A DNA stretch of 64,000 nucleotides, taken from contig OX597817.1 of the NCBI GenBank assembly GCA_951406725.2, positions 11,904,001 to 11,968,000 of the forward strand, written 5' to 3'. The DNA comes from Octopus vulgaris (taxonomy: Eukaryota). Position 1 is the first letter of the stretch; the number at the start of each line of letters is the position of its first letter. Positions 43,510 through 56,914 of the stretch are shown here, piece by piece. Under the pieces are notes generated by a model, which worked only from the letters and a program-made list of their open reading frames with translations, made no database searches and was not told where the DNA came from. The position numbers and the translations under genes were made by a program.

Positions 43510-45050
43510 CTCTGCGTTTCAAATTATTAACGACGTACTATTTTTTAATTTTATTGAAAAACTACTCGTAATTCAACGAAATTTTCACAGAATGATGACA
43601 ACAGTTATATGCGCGTAGTGTGTAAAAACGTGAGGTTTTTCTGGAAGTGTAAACAAACTGCGGCCATTTGCAAGATTTCCATGAACTTTCAGTGTCCTGA
43701 ATTATTAACGAGATGTTCGATAATCTTATGATTATGGGTCGTAAATGTGACCTAACTACTTCAGAGAAATCTGTTAATACTTCTAATCTTGCAAAAAATA
43801 AATCAAACTTAGAAATATCTGAAATAACTGGAAGATATCAGCAAACTGTGAAGACATTTGTTACAGCTCCTACGAAGATACGTAAAAGAGCCGAAAAAGG
43901 TCAGTCGAGGGCTTTTTCTCAACATTCTCTGTCATAAATTAAGCATGAATCTGTAAAGAACCCAGGTCTTACAAATGGAGAAGTTTTCAAGCGCACTGGC
44001 GAGACGACTATGTTCAGAACTACACGATGTCATCTTCTGAAAAAGTCGGTAAACCAGTGACATTAGTTACAAGGCCTCCTATTTACAAAATACACATACA
44101 AAACCGTAATAAGCAGAAGATAATATGATGGTCGACTTTTCAAAAGTTTTGTTTACGGACGAAACGCGTGCTACCTTTGATGGACTTCATGGCTGGAGCA
44201 AACATGGGTGGGGGGGTTATCATGATTTGGGCAGGTATTGGGCAGGTATTATTGGAGGTATTATGGCTGGTCCTTGAAAAGTGCCAGACGGTGTTAAAAT
44301 GACTGGGGATGCTTACATAACCTTTCTGAGGGAGTACCTTGAACCTTGGTTGAAAAAGCAAAGAATCACCTTCAAGAAAACCATTAATATTCATGCAAGA
44401 TAATGCGTCCTCGCACTCAGCGAAAAAAATTCCAATGTATTTACAACAGTTAGGCTTCTGTGGACCTTGGAAGAGGAAGTCGCCTGCCTCTTCTCCCGAC
44501 TTAAACCCAATAGAAAACTTATGGAGCATTCTAAAGCGACAAGTTTACGAGAATGGACGCCAATTTAGGAGCAAGGTTGAACTGTGGCAGGCAATAGTAT
44601 AATGTATCTCGTGCTATAATTCAGAGGAGGTCCAGAAATTAGCGTGTTCCGTGGATCAACGCCTTTTCCAACTTCTTTCAAACAAAGGCTCATAGATCCC
44701 TTATTAACCAGCTCACCTATCATTTTTGAATACTGTTTATTTGTTTATTTTTATTTCTTCCATATTTATGACTAAATGTGTTCATTTCAGTATGTGCATC
44801 AAACAATTAAATAGGTATTTTCTTGTTTACATGAGTTTTAATTAAACCTAGCTTATAATTTGAAATAATTAAAGTTAACCTAAATTTGGTAAATGGCCGT
44901 TGTTTCTGTGTTGTATTATGGAACCCCACATTCTTATACACCAAGCGTATATAACATGCCACTATTCTGTGAAACTTTCGTTGAATTACAACGTGTAGTA
45001 TTTAGATAAAATAAAAAGATGTTACATCGTCAATAATTTGAAATGCAGGG
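43510..45050 (+). mobile_element. Full-length decayed Tc1-like transposon with long TIRs
   Basis: TA-flanked; CTCTGCGTTTCAAATTATTAACGACGTA mirrors TACATCGTCAATAATTTGAAATGCAGGG, similarity extends ~100 bp; MGRKCDLT, LFTDETR, MQDNASSH, SPDLNPIENLWSILKR. Confidence 0.92.
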
Positions 45051-45060
45051 TATAAATATA

Positions 45061-45520
45061 CAGGGTGAAGTGAATAAACTGTCGTCTAAATTACGCAAAA
45101 ATGAAAATAACATTGACATCTCATTTTAAGTTATATATACCAAAGTTATATAAAACTATCTTGAAACACTAAAGAGTAAATTTATGCAATAAAACCGCCA
45201 TTGGCTTCAACCACAGCCTCCACACGACTTCGGAATCTTCTGCAACTGTTCTGGACAGTCTCCTTAAGTTGGTGAATGCTTCCTTAATCCTTGCCTTCAA
45301 TTCATCTTTGGTTTTACAAGTTTTGTTGGTCTCTCGCTCAGCTGTGCCCCACATATAATAATCAAGGGGGTTGCAGTCTGGAGAGTTAGGTGGCCAGATG
45401 TAAGGGGTGATGTGGTCGCAGAAATTGTCTGACAGCCATCACTGGATTCTCCTGCTCGTGTGGCATGGTGCAGAGTCCTGTTGCCAGACATAGGGTCCTC
45501 CAGCGGCCACCTGGAGGAGT
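45061..45520 (-). mobile_element. 3' part of a maT/DD37D-like transposon
   Basis: TA|CAGGGTG terminus; QQDSAPCHTS, WPPNSPDCNPLDYYMWG, TKDELKARI. Confidence 0.8.
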
Positions 45521-45574
45521 ACATTGACCCAATTTTCTGACTTTTCCGATAGCACACAGGTGTCGATGAATGGT

Positions 45575-45895
45575 TAAATGACTAAATCCAAGCTTCTTTG
45601 CTAGTTCCTCAATAGTTAAGATGGATTTTGTTCCACCGTCCTCGTCGAGATCTTCCAGGACGAGGTTGGTCTTCTAGGCTGTAGTTTCCAGCTCGGAAAT
45701 TCTGGCTTATGCTTATTGTGCGATCCCCATTTACTGCATAAATATTCCTCGCATTTTCCGTTGCGTTGTTGGCTTTATTGAACTCATAAAACAAAATATG
45801 CCGAATATTCTCCTTCGTTACTTCCATTATAGCTTTCGAAAAATAACTGTTAAAATTGAACTGCAAGCTTCAAAGCTTCCACTAAGAATATGAGA
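45575..45895 (-). mobile_element. Mariner 5' fragment
   Basis: MEVTKENIRHILFYEFNKANNATENARNIYAV...NYSLEDQPRPGR. Confidence 0.85.
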
Positions 45896-45949
45896 AAACC
45901 GCATTATTTATGGGATGATCCAACATATATACATGTGTATGTGTGTGTA

Positions 45950-46018
<69 letters not shown>

Positions 46019-46265
46019 ATGCGTGTGTGTGCGTGTTTGTCCCCTACGTTCGCTTGACAGCCAATGTTAGTGTGTTTCTGTTCCCATATCCTAGGGTCTT
46101 GACAAAAGAAACCGGTAGAATAAATAACAAGCTTTGAAAACAAGATAAGTACTGGTGTCGATTCGTTTGACCGAAATTTTTTAAGGCGGTATCCCATCAC
46201 GGCCGCAGTCAAAGAACTGGAACAAGTGAGATAGAAAAAGTATAAATAATATTTGTGTATAAATA

Positions 46266-47040
46266 AGGAGGTGAGCTGGCAGAAACGTTAGCGCGCCGGG
46301 CGAAATGCTTAGCGGTATTTCGTCTGTCGTTACGTTCTGAGTTCAAATTCCGCCGAGGTCGACTTTGCCTTTCATCCTTTCGGGGTCGATAAATTAAGTA
46401 CCAGTTACGCACTGGGGTCGATGTAATCGACTTAATACCTTTGTCTGTCCTTGTTTGTCCCCTCTATGTTTAGCCCCTTGTGGGTAATAAAGAAATAGGT
46501 ATTTCGTCAGTCGTTACGTTCTGAGTTCAAATTCCGCCGAGGTCGACTTTGTCTTTCATCCTTTCAGGGTCGATAAATTAAGTACCAGTTACGCACTGGG
46601 GTCGATGCAATCGACTTAATACCTATGTCTGTCCTAGTTTGTCCCCTCTATGTTTAGCCCCTTGTGGGTAATAAAGAAATAGGTATTTCGTCAGTCGTTA
46701 CGTTCTGAGTTCAAATTCCGCCGAGGTCGACTTTGTCTTTCATCCTTTCAGGGTCGATAAATTAAGTACCAGTTACGCACTGGGGTCGATGCAATCGACT
46801 TAATACCTATGTCTGTCCTAGTTTGTCCCCTCTATGTTTAGCCCCTTGTGGGTAATAAAGAAATAAGAAACGTTAGCTTAGCGGTATTTCTTCTGTCTTT
46901 ACGTTCTGAGTTCAAATTCCGCCAAGGTCGACTTTGCCTTTCATTCTTTCGGGGTCATACCAGTTGCGTACTGGGGTCGATCTAATCGACTAACCCCCTC
47001 CCCCCAAAATTCCACGCCTTGTGTCTAGAGTAGAAAGGAA
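46266..47040 (+). mobile_element. SINE family C concatemer (head, three 184-bp bodies, terminal unit with alternative tail)
   Basis: GGTATTTCG register at 46314, 46498 and 46682; last unit ends CCCCCAAAATT...CTAGAGTAGAAAG. Confidence 0.9.
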
Positions 47041-47140
47041 AATGTTTATGTATATATCTACATAAACATATAAATATATGTGTATAAATATATATCTATG
47101 TAGAGACATATATTTATACACGCGTGTATATATTTATAAA

Positions 47141-47290
<150 letters not shown>

Positions 47291-47666
47291 TATTTATATA
47301 TCAAGAACTGTATCCTTCGGTCTTAACATGTACGCAAGAAAACTTCCCAGCCATGCACACTTTGATAAAAGTCGAAATTTTCGATGCCTATAACATTCAG
47401 CTCTATATTAATGTCGGTGTATCATCAGCGAAAATGCTGCCGTTAAAGCTGGGCAAAGCACACAGACTATGATGGGCGCGTCATATTTTTTTCCATTTCT
47501 TTTTTTCTTTTTTTACTTTTTCTTTTTTCTTTTCTGTTACAGTAACATCAAAACCTAAACAGCTGGAGTTGTCTGGTGTCTGATTCCACTGTAGGAGGGG
47601 GATGACTTCGCTTTAAAGAGAAAGGTTATTGTCTTTCATACATACATACAATAATATATGTATGCA

Positions 47667-47723
<57 letters not shown>

Positions 47724-47965
47724 CGACGTGTTAGTGGAGGGCAAACCTCTAGTTCTTTTGTAGTTTTGTCTGTCTATTTTATAGTTCATGTTTTATTTAT
47801 TTTTTATTTTGTTTTTAGCTTCAAATAGTTTTTATGAATTTCTAATTTTGATTTAACGTATTGTGTAATACCATTGCTATAGTAGCTAGCTTTCTTTCTC
47901 TCGCTTTCCCTCTTACAGTCTTCCGATGTATATTTTTTTTGTGTGTATGTGTGTGTGTGTGTGCA

Positions 47966-48030
<65 letters not shown>

Positions 48031-48054
48031 TATATGTATGTATGTATGTATATG

Positions 48055-48085
<31 letters not shown>

Positions 48086-48238
48086 ACACACACACACACA
48101 TATATATATATATATGTATGTAATATGTATTTTTTATATATATATTTGTATATTTGTATATATATAAATGTGTGTGTGCATGTATATTTGCATATATGTG
48201 TGTATATATCTATACATACATGCACACACGCATCTATA

Positions 48239-48280
<42 letters not shown>

Positions 48281-48392
48281 TATATATATATATATATACA
48301 TATGTATATGTATATGCACATGCTCTCGCAGACGTATATATGTATATGCATGTATATATATATACATACATACATGCACACACGCATCTATA

Positions 48393-48437
<45 letters not shown>

Positions 48438-48725
48438 CATATGTATATGTACATATATATATACATATGTATATGTATATGCACATGCTCTCGCAGACGT
48501 ATATATGTATATGCACGTATGTATGTGTTATTTGCTTACATCGTTTGGATGTAAAGAATTTACCAGCCGTAGAGTAATATAATTGTAGTAAGCGGGAGGT
48601 GCGCCCTGTAAATTTGGTAACGATTTGTCTCTGTGCATATAGTGCATGCATCCATATATGTGTGAGTATGCCTGTATGCGTGTATGATTGCGCATGTGTG
48701 TATTCGAAGGTATTTATGTATGTAC

Positions 48726-48763
<38 letters not shown>

Positions 48764-49410
48764 ACGTGTGTATGCAGATACATGCAGTAGAGTTGCGTGA
48801 AAAGTCTACTTATAATATTGGTAAATATATTCATAGATATATACATAGTAAAGTAGCCAAAGTGTATTAAAACCTTTATATATTCATATATCATAGATCT
48901 TTATATGTGTATATGCTTGTGTGCCTAATTGTGGGTAAGTATGTGTGTATGTGTGAGTGTCTTTGTACTTGCGCGTGCGTATTTGTGCTCGTGATTTTGA
49001 AATGATGCCCCCGTCTTGCATACGGAACATCAGAAGTATACTTTTTAGCAATTTATTTTTATTTTATTTTTCAAGCAAACGAAAATTTTAATTTGTTAAG
49101 CCTGTTGCATGTACATTCTAAATAGTTGTTGAAAATCAAAACAGATGTAGAAAAAAGAATAAGTGAATAAGATGAAGTTTAAATTTGTAGATGAAGATGG
49201 TAATGGTTTAGAAGTATTAGTTCCAACATCAGAATCAACAACAGCCAATAGAGAGCTTTTACATAGTTGCTCGATCTCCAACAAATAGCAGTCAATCCTC
49301 CCTCAAATTACATTCTACCGTAGTAAAAGTGGACGAACACGGCTGAACGGTAAACATGTATAGACGTTTGTTGTTACAAACGCAAGCATGAAGGTAAAAA
49401 GCGGCCATAT

Positions 49411-49615
49411 GCGAGGTGGTATCAAGAAGTTGTCGAAGTAGTTATGTTTAATAAAAAATAACTTATCTACTTAATTTTGAACATCATCTTCGAAATAGTT
49501 ACCTTGCGCAGCAATACGCCGGCCCTAGCGTTCTTGTCACTTTTGGAATCCGGCCTGGAAGTCGTTTTCCGTAAATGAGTTGAGCACCTCCTACGATTTG
49601 CTTTGAATCTTGACT
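49411..49615 (-). mobile_element. Mariner 3'-end fragment related to 8551-9451
   Basis: Reverse complement resembles 9270-9451 including the TIR. Confidence 0.7.
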
Positions 49616-50093
49616 ATCACTTACGAGTTTAATCTTGAAAATGTTAGAAGTATTTTTAAAGTGCAAAATTTTAAAATTTTGCTAGTAAGAATGTGGATTA
49701 AATCATATTGTTACAAATAACAAAAGATTCATATTTATTACAAGCACAGCATTTTATATTGGTTCTTTTGATGCTAACGATTAAAGCAATGAGCATAAAA
49801 GGGAAGGTGCCTTCTGGGAATATTTCTTTAAAACTTTTAATATTACCGTATGTACTAGACATATTTAATTCTATTTTCTACTTTTCGTTGCATTTTCAGT
49901 TCAGTGTTCTTGGTTTCTCTGCTACAGTCATCATTTTCAGAAAAGCTATTACCGACAGAGAAGAGAAGGGAGAGAAAGAGTGAGAGAATATTTTGAGTAA
50001 GGTACTAAAGTACGCTTCATCTTTTTTCCTACGATAGTTCGCATTTGTCACATTATTAAGTTCCCATTGATTAAATACTATTTAAATCGCATG

Positions 50094-50667
50094 AAGACGG
50101 CGAGCTGGCAGAAACGTTAGCACGCCGGGCGAAATGCGTAGCTGTATTTCGTCTGCGTTACGTTCTGGGTTCAAATTCCGCCGTGGTTGACTTTGCCTTT
50201 CATCCTTTCGGGGTCGATAAATTAAGTACCAGTTACGCACTGGGATCGATGTAATCGACTTAATCCGTTAAGCCCCTGGTGGGTAATAAAGAATTAACGC
50301 CGGGCAAATTGCTTAGCGGTTTTTCGTCTGTCTCACGTTCTAAGTTCAAATTCCGCCGAGGTCGACTTTGCCTTTCATCTTTTCGGGATCGATAAATTAA
50401 GTACCAGTTACGCACTGAGGGTCGATGTAAACGACTTAATCCGTTTGTCTGTCCTTGTTTGTCCTCTCTGTGTTTAGCCCCTTGTGGGTAGTAAAGAAAT
50501 AGGTATTTCGTCTGCCGCTACGTTCTGAGGTCAAAAATCCGCCGAGGTCGACTTTTCCTTTCATCCTTTCGAGTCGATAAATTAAGTATTAGTTACGTAC
50601 TGGGGTCGATCTAATCGACTGGCCCTCTTTCCAAAAATTTCGGGCCTTATGCCTAGAGTAGAAAAGT
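50094..50667 (+). mobile_element. SINE family C trimer bounded by one 16-bp TSD
   Basis: CTATTTAAATCGCATG at 50078-50093 and 50668-50683. Confidence 0.92.
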
Positions 50668-51544
50668 CTATTTAAATCGCATGTCCTTTGTGAGGTATCC
50701 CTTTAGTTCACTAGGCTTTATGCGAATTCAGAGAACTTTACTTAACCGCCCACTGTCCTCAATTTCAACGGAGAGGATTTCTTTCATTAGTGTTAAATTA
50801 ACATTAACATTACTATAACTTGCTTTCTTCAACTTGAGAATTATCTTACTTCATTCAATAACTTTATACACAACATCATTCAATTTTGCAGTTAGAATTT
50901 CACGGCAAGTTATAACATTTGTAAATAATACTCTTTAAATGGAGCTGCAGTTGGGGATTTCCAGTTTGTTATTTTTCGACATAGGATCGTTATCTGTCTT
51001 TCAGCTATTTCAAGGTCTATTTGACATTGGTTAGAACCGCCTATATCATGCCAACGTTTCTGCAGCCATTGAGAATTTCTATGTTGCTTTTTCCCCCCAG
51101 AGTTTACGACGTAATGTTTGCATTTTTCAGCAACGGGAACTAGGAACTACAGAGTTGCTGTTTAAATGTCTTTTCGGGTTTCAGTAGTAATGCTTAAAAT
51201 CTATATTTGAAATGCGGTCCTTTTTTTTCAGTCATTTTTAACGATAAGTTCTGTGTTTCACGTAAACCTATTGTTCTTGACGCACAAAAATTATTTCTCC
51301 ATATTTTGTTTTTATTTCAGACGCTTTTTTTTACACTTTCATTTGTTTCAGACCATGCTGGGGCAACCCCAGCTTTGAGGTTCTTTTATTATAGTTCAGG
51401 CATTTTCTTTTTATTTTATTTTTCTGTTACAATATTCAGATTTTCGGTATCAACTACCCGAATCATCACGTGAGTTCTAATGTAAATGTATGTTAACTTT
51501 AATGTAGAATTATATTAAGTTTTACCGTATTATATTAACCTTGC

Positions 51545-51753
51545 AAAGCGGCGAGCTGGCAGTATCGTTAGCACGCTGGGCAAATGCTTAGCAGCATTTC
51601 GTCCGTGTTTACGATCTAAGTTCAAATTCCGGCGAGGTCGATTTTGTCTTCCTTGCTTTTGGGGTTGATAAAATAATTAGCAGGGAAGTACTGGGGGTTG
51701 ATGTAATCGACAAGCATCCTTCCCCAAAATTCCAGGCCTATAACAGAAAGGAT
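51545..51753 (+). mobile_element. SINE family C monomer
   Basis: Head GCGGCGAGCTGGCAG; imperfect TSD ATATTAA..TTGC. Confidence 0.8.
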
Positions 51754-52101
51754 CATATTAATATTGCTGTATATTATTTGCTTCTGTTGCAATTCCAGGA
51801 TTTGTCTGTCTGATGCCTTGCACAGTCCACAAAGTGTTGTTTTCTGCTATTTCTATTTGCCTTCTTTTTAATCGTACTCAACATTTTCTGAATATTATTT
51901 TCATATTAATTTTATTATTGTTGTTGCCGTTGTTGTTCATTCCAGATTATACACAACTCTTCAGAGCGTTGCATCTACAACCATTTTACCTTGTATTTAT
52001 TTAGTTATTTACTTTGTAGATTAGCAATCCATTATCCAGTTTCGCTTTTGGATTTGGTTTGCAAGATTCTTAATATGAGTTCGTATGGTGAAGATTATTC
52101 T

Positions 52102-52272
52102 GTTGTGTCTGGGGAGAATCATTTTCTTTTTGTGCCTTATAAGACTATTGAAAAGGTTGCAAGACGCAACGAAAATTTTAGGAAAATAAAAATAAGAAAT
52201 AAGTGGAAATTTTACCGGTGAGTGTGTTACATTATAAGGCACAAAAAGAAAATGACTCTCCCCAGACACAAC
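52102..52272. repeat. Inverted repeat, 41-bp arms (MITE-like or Penelope-type inversion)
   Basis: 52102-52142 vs 52232-52272, one mismatch. Confidence 0.85.
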
Positions 52273-52398
52273 CATTATCCAATGTTACCTTTTTAAAACG
52301 TACGATAATATTTCGCTGCTACTTCTATCAAATTGGGTAACAATGTAGAAGCTCTTTAACTGATGATTTTCCCTTTCTAGTAATATATAATCATAAAA

Positions 52399-52612
52399 GG
52401 GTGGCGAGCTTGCAGAATCGTTAGCACGCCGGTCAAAATGTTTAGCGGCATTTCGTTCGTCTTTACGTTCTTAGCTCAAGTTGCGCCGAAGTCCACTTTG
52501 TCTTTCATCCACTTGTGGTCGATAAAATAAGTACCAGCTGCACATTGGGGGCCAATGTAATCAACTCACCTTATCCACTGAAATTACTGGCCTTGAGCAA
52601 AAATTAGAAACC
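52399..52612 (+). mobile_element. SINE family C monomer with 17-bp TSD
   Basis: AATATATAATCATAAAA at 52382-52398 and 52613-52629. Confidence 0.88.
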
Positions 52613-53441
52613 AATATATAATCATAAAAAAAAAAAATTCCAAAAGGGTTTGTATAACTTTCAGCTCTGTACCTGATGTTACTTTAACAACAAACTGTGT
52701 ATTCTACCTGGTGCTACTTCAGCGTAGTATTCACCATGTTGATTAGTATGTTTCTTCAGTAATATGTGCAGTATAAATCTATACTTGGAGCCCAGGCAAA
52801 CACTTCTAGTGTTTATTTCCCTCTGTAATAGTCTTCAGCTAAGAAAGTAATGCTAACTCAATACTCTATTACGAAAGCCTATTGCTTTATAAATATATCT
52901 CAAGAGTTTTTAACACTAACTTTAAAATACGATCATTCTTTGGTGCAGTCAAAATCCTCATGTTTACATGGTATTGTGAAATGATTTTAACATCAATTTT
53001 CACATATTCCAGATTTCACTTTCACTCTGAACCTTTCAGCAATTCTAAGCATTCGTTGCTTATTACAAGATTTTTGTAGTTTCACTTTCCCTAATTACTA
53101 GCCCTAAGTTTTATAAATATATCTGCCTGTTCTTATTAATATTCAATCTGTAACTGTAGCTTCTTTCCTTTTCAGTAAACTGACGGCTTATTATCTTTCA
53201 AACTGTAGTTGCAAATTTCTATAATATGACTTCCCCATATTTTTAATTCATCAAACCAATTCATCTTGTTTGTTTGTAATTACTTGGCAGTTTACTGAGT
53301 GAAAACTTTCATAAATCTTTCAAGATTCCACTGTCTTTTCTAGATAACTTTTCTTCTATTTCAAAACCTATTCATTACATTTAGTATGCTGGCAATGACT
53401 CCTTTGAATGTTATACATGCATACATACATGCATACATACA

Positions 53442-53472
<31 letters not shown>

Positions 53473-53486
53473 GTATGTATTTATAC

Positions 53487-53522
<36 letters not shown>

Positions 53523-54677
53523 AAATATATGCATTTATATGTATATGCATTTTTTGTATATATTTATATGTATGTATATGTATGCATATATTTATGTATG
53601 AATAAATATATTTACATACATATATACACTCACACACACACGCATGCATATACATCTACAAACAAGTATACACATATATGCATACATTTACAAACAGATA
53701 CGCATACGTGTGTCTGTCTGTCCGTCTGTCTATCTGCCTGTCTGTGATGACAGTTCTATATTTTACCTATATCCAACATCATTTCTGCTGCCTTTCCCAT
53801 TTCCCAATGCATACATTATTTCTGCACCAACTCTTACACCAACTTTGGTTTTGATAAGTGATATAGGATTAGCTGAAGGTCATAACCCAATTTTTACTTA
53901 AGGCAGTCTGTAAATTATTTCAACTTAACCATGGCTCGACAATAGAAGAGCATTCCCTCATTCTTCTATTCAACAGTCACAATTCTTAATTTATTTTTTC
54001 TAACGCTATGCCTTCTTTTCTGTTCTTCATTTTCATGCCGGGACGTGTTCTTTTTTTAATCCTTATTTCAATTTCCATAGTTAGTTCTTCGTTCAGATCT
54101 TTGTAATTTCTTCCGTAAAGTGAGAGAAAATTCATTTAATGCTTTTTACAAAACACAAATGGTGAATGTAATCAATCTGTTGTTGTTGTTTTTTCAATCA
54201 ACTGGGTTTATATTACAAACGTTGAGCAATTATATGATGTTATCATTATACGAATTAAGTCAACAGAATCTACGTTAATCGTTAATACTCGAACGACACA
54301 AATATCTATCATTTCTATTACGTGTAACACAATATTATACTTTCTGTAATCAGTTCTGATTCCAAATGCCATCTTTATCGTCGTTGTCATCATCATCGTT
54401 ATCATCATCTATCGTTGTCAAAATGTGCGACTACAGCATCATTTTGGTCTGAAAAGAAAGCAAAGCAGTGAATGGCAGAATCAGTAGGACAAAGGACAAA
54501 ATGTCTTTCATTGGTGAGTTCAAGTCCGACTGGAGTAAATTTTATCTTTCATCATTTTCTTTAGTCGATGATAAAAAAGAGGCCAATTAAAAACTGGATT
54601 CCATTTTCTCATTAATATCTAACTCATAACTTGTGACTTTGTGCTTACGGTAAAAAGTTATTGTTAGTTGAAATATA

Positions 54678-55018
54678 TGAAGGCGCATGGTTAAGTGGTT
54701 AGAGCGTCGGGCTCAAAAGCATGAGGTAGTGAGTTCCATTCCCGGACCAGGTTGTGTGCAGTGTTCATGAGCAAGATTCTTCATTTCATGTTGTTCCAGT
54801 TCACTCAGTTGTAGAAATGAGTTGCGACGTCACTGGTGCCAAACTGTATTGACTTTTACCTTTCCTTTGGATACCATCAGTGGCGTGGAGAGGGGAGACT
54901 GGTATGCATGGACGACTACTGGTCTTCCATAAACAACTTTGCCCAGACTTGTGTATCAGAGGGAAGCTTTCTAGGTACAATCCCACGGTCATTCATGACC
55001 GAAGGGGGTCTTTACCTT
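54678..55018 (+). mobile_element. tRNA-derived SINE with family-B-like head and a different body
   Basis: TGGTTAAGTGGTTAGAGC A-box, GAGTTCCATTCC B-box-like; TSD TAGTTGAAATAT at 54665-54676 and 55019-55030. Confidence 0.75.
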
Positions 55019-55147
55019 TAGTTGAAATATCATCGAAATCGATGTGGTATTTTACTGATTGTTGAGATATGAAGATCACAAGCAGTAACGTTAGTACTAG
55101 TCGTATACACATGTTGGATAAGCCAACTACTCACCAACTCTAATATT

Positions 55148-55363
55148 GATTTAAAATTTTGGCACAAGGCCAACAACTTCGGGAAAGGGAGTAAGTCGAT
55201 AACATCGACCCCCGTACTCCATTGCAACTTATTTTTATCGACCTCAAAAGAATGAAAGGCAAAGATGACCATGGCGTAATTTGAACTCAGAACGTGAAGA
55301 CGGATGCAATGACGCTAAGTATTTCGCCCGACCTGCAAACGATTCTGCTAGCTCACCGCCTTC
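55148..55363 (-). mobile_element. SINE family C monomer
   Basis: Ends GCTCACCGCCTT; imperfect TSD CACCAA..CTAATATT. Confidence 0.8.
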
Positions 55364-55559
55364 ACACCAAACCTAATATTTTTCCAAGAATGGACATATT
55401 CTTTAATTATAATACAGAAAACCGTCAGCTGTAATCAAATATGACTTGGTAACGTACCTAGATTTTGCTGTTTTAGTTGTCTAAGAAGTCGCAAGCAGAC
55501 ATAGACACTCATTCCTCCCTCCTTTCTGACACAGTGGCACATCCAGCTTGAGGGGGCTG

Positions 55560-55602
<43 letters not shown>

Positions 55603-56338
55603 AGATGCTACACCAGCATTCATCTTGTGCTCATTCACAATCTAGACGGTAAAGCAAGTGTCTTGCACAAGAACACAACGAGGTGCGCTGTCCGGTCCAG
55701 AAACTGAACTCATGCCCTAATTACCAGGAACCAATCAACCCAACCACCAGACCTCGCGACGCCTTCATTTAGCTGTAATAATGCTTTCAATTCAACACCC
55801 ATGTCAATACAGTTCCTCTTAATTGCAGCAAGCTTCAGCACATTATATACATTTGATATTGCTGTGTGAATCATTGATATAATTTCGTAAATTTTAAAGA
55901 AAATTATTATCAGGTTTATTCCTTAAAATCCAGTTGTTGTTTGCATGGGTAAGTGCTTGTGCTATATACATATTTTAAGACCGGTTCAGATTCCTATATA
56001 CCCTATAAGGCTTTTTGAGTTTGACTTTTTCTCTTAAGTGTTCAAACGCAATGACCGGAAAGAGCTTTGATATGTTATAGAGTTTTGAAGTATATTTCGT
56101 GGAAATGAAACTATGTAAAATATTTTTTCTTAGAGTCGAAAATATGCCATCAAGATGAAATGTCATTTATTCAAAAGAAGTACATGCGTACATACAAACA
56201 TATATACATACATACAGGCATACATACACACAAGACAAATACGCGCGAATGTGTGTGTGCATATGTATATGTATGTATTTATGCATGCTTTCTCAATACG
56301 CTTGATAATGAAATTTATTCTTGTATCCAGACGTTGCG

Positions 56339-56479
56339 GTTCCAAGCAGTGCTGTTTTCTGCAAGTACTCCACCCTTATTGCAGCCCCTATTTGTTCCAC
56401 GCACTTCTCGAGATTTTAGCTCACTGTTCCCAGAGCTCCAACAATTATTGGTACTACTGCTACCTTTTTCATTGACCAC
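56339..56479 (-). mobile_element. Internal fragment of an R4/Dong-like (restriction-like endonuclease) LINE between a 66-bp direct duplication
   Basis: WSMKKVAVVPIIVGALGTVS*NLEKCVEQIGAAIRVEYLQKTALLGT; flanks 56273-56338 and 56480-56545 differ at one base. Confidence 0.8.
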
Positions 56480-56854
56480 ATGTATTTATGCATGCTTTCT
56501 CAATACGCTTGATAATGAAATTTATTCCTGTATCCAGACGTTGCGTTTAGGCTGGGTTTCTTTATCCTGGCCTGTACTTCTATTTATTTTTAGGTTATTC
56601 ATTTTACGGAATATAGACCATGCAAAGGAAAGCCCTGAGGGTTGTTCTTATGGTTGTTTAATCCTTGGTCATTCCTGAACGAGATGCTCAATCGTTACAG
56701 GCATTTCTACTACGACCGTTCGATCTCAGCTTCAAATGCAACATAGCTAAGAGTACACTGTCCAATACGTTTTCCCCTTTATAAGATGGTAGACTGTGAT
56801 TCGAGGAAGATTTTGCTACGATTTTTAGGAACTTTATCGTTACTTTGAGCTTAT

Positions 56855-56914
<60 letters not shown>

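Noticed and set aside
47371-47428. Minus-strand CTGATGA...GAAA hammerhead candidate
   Set aside because: Stem II base and stem I pair poorly; not distinguishable from chance by eye
48214-48514. Two-copy duplication containing CATGCTCTCGCAGACG
   Set aside because: Local slippage duplication inside a microsatellite mosaic
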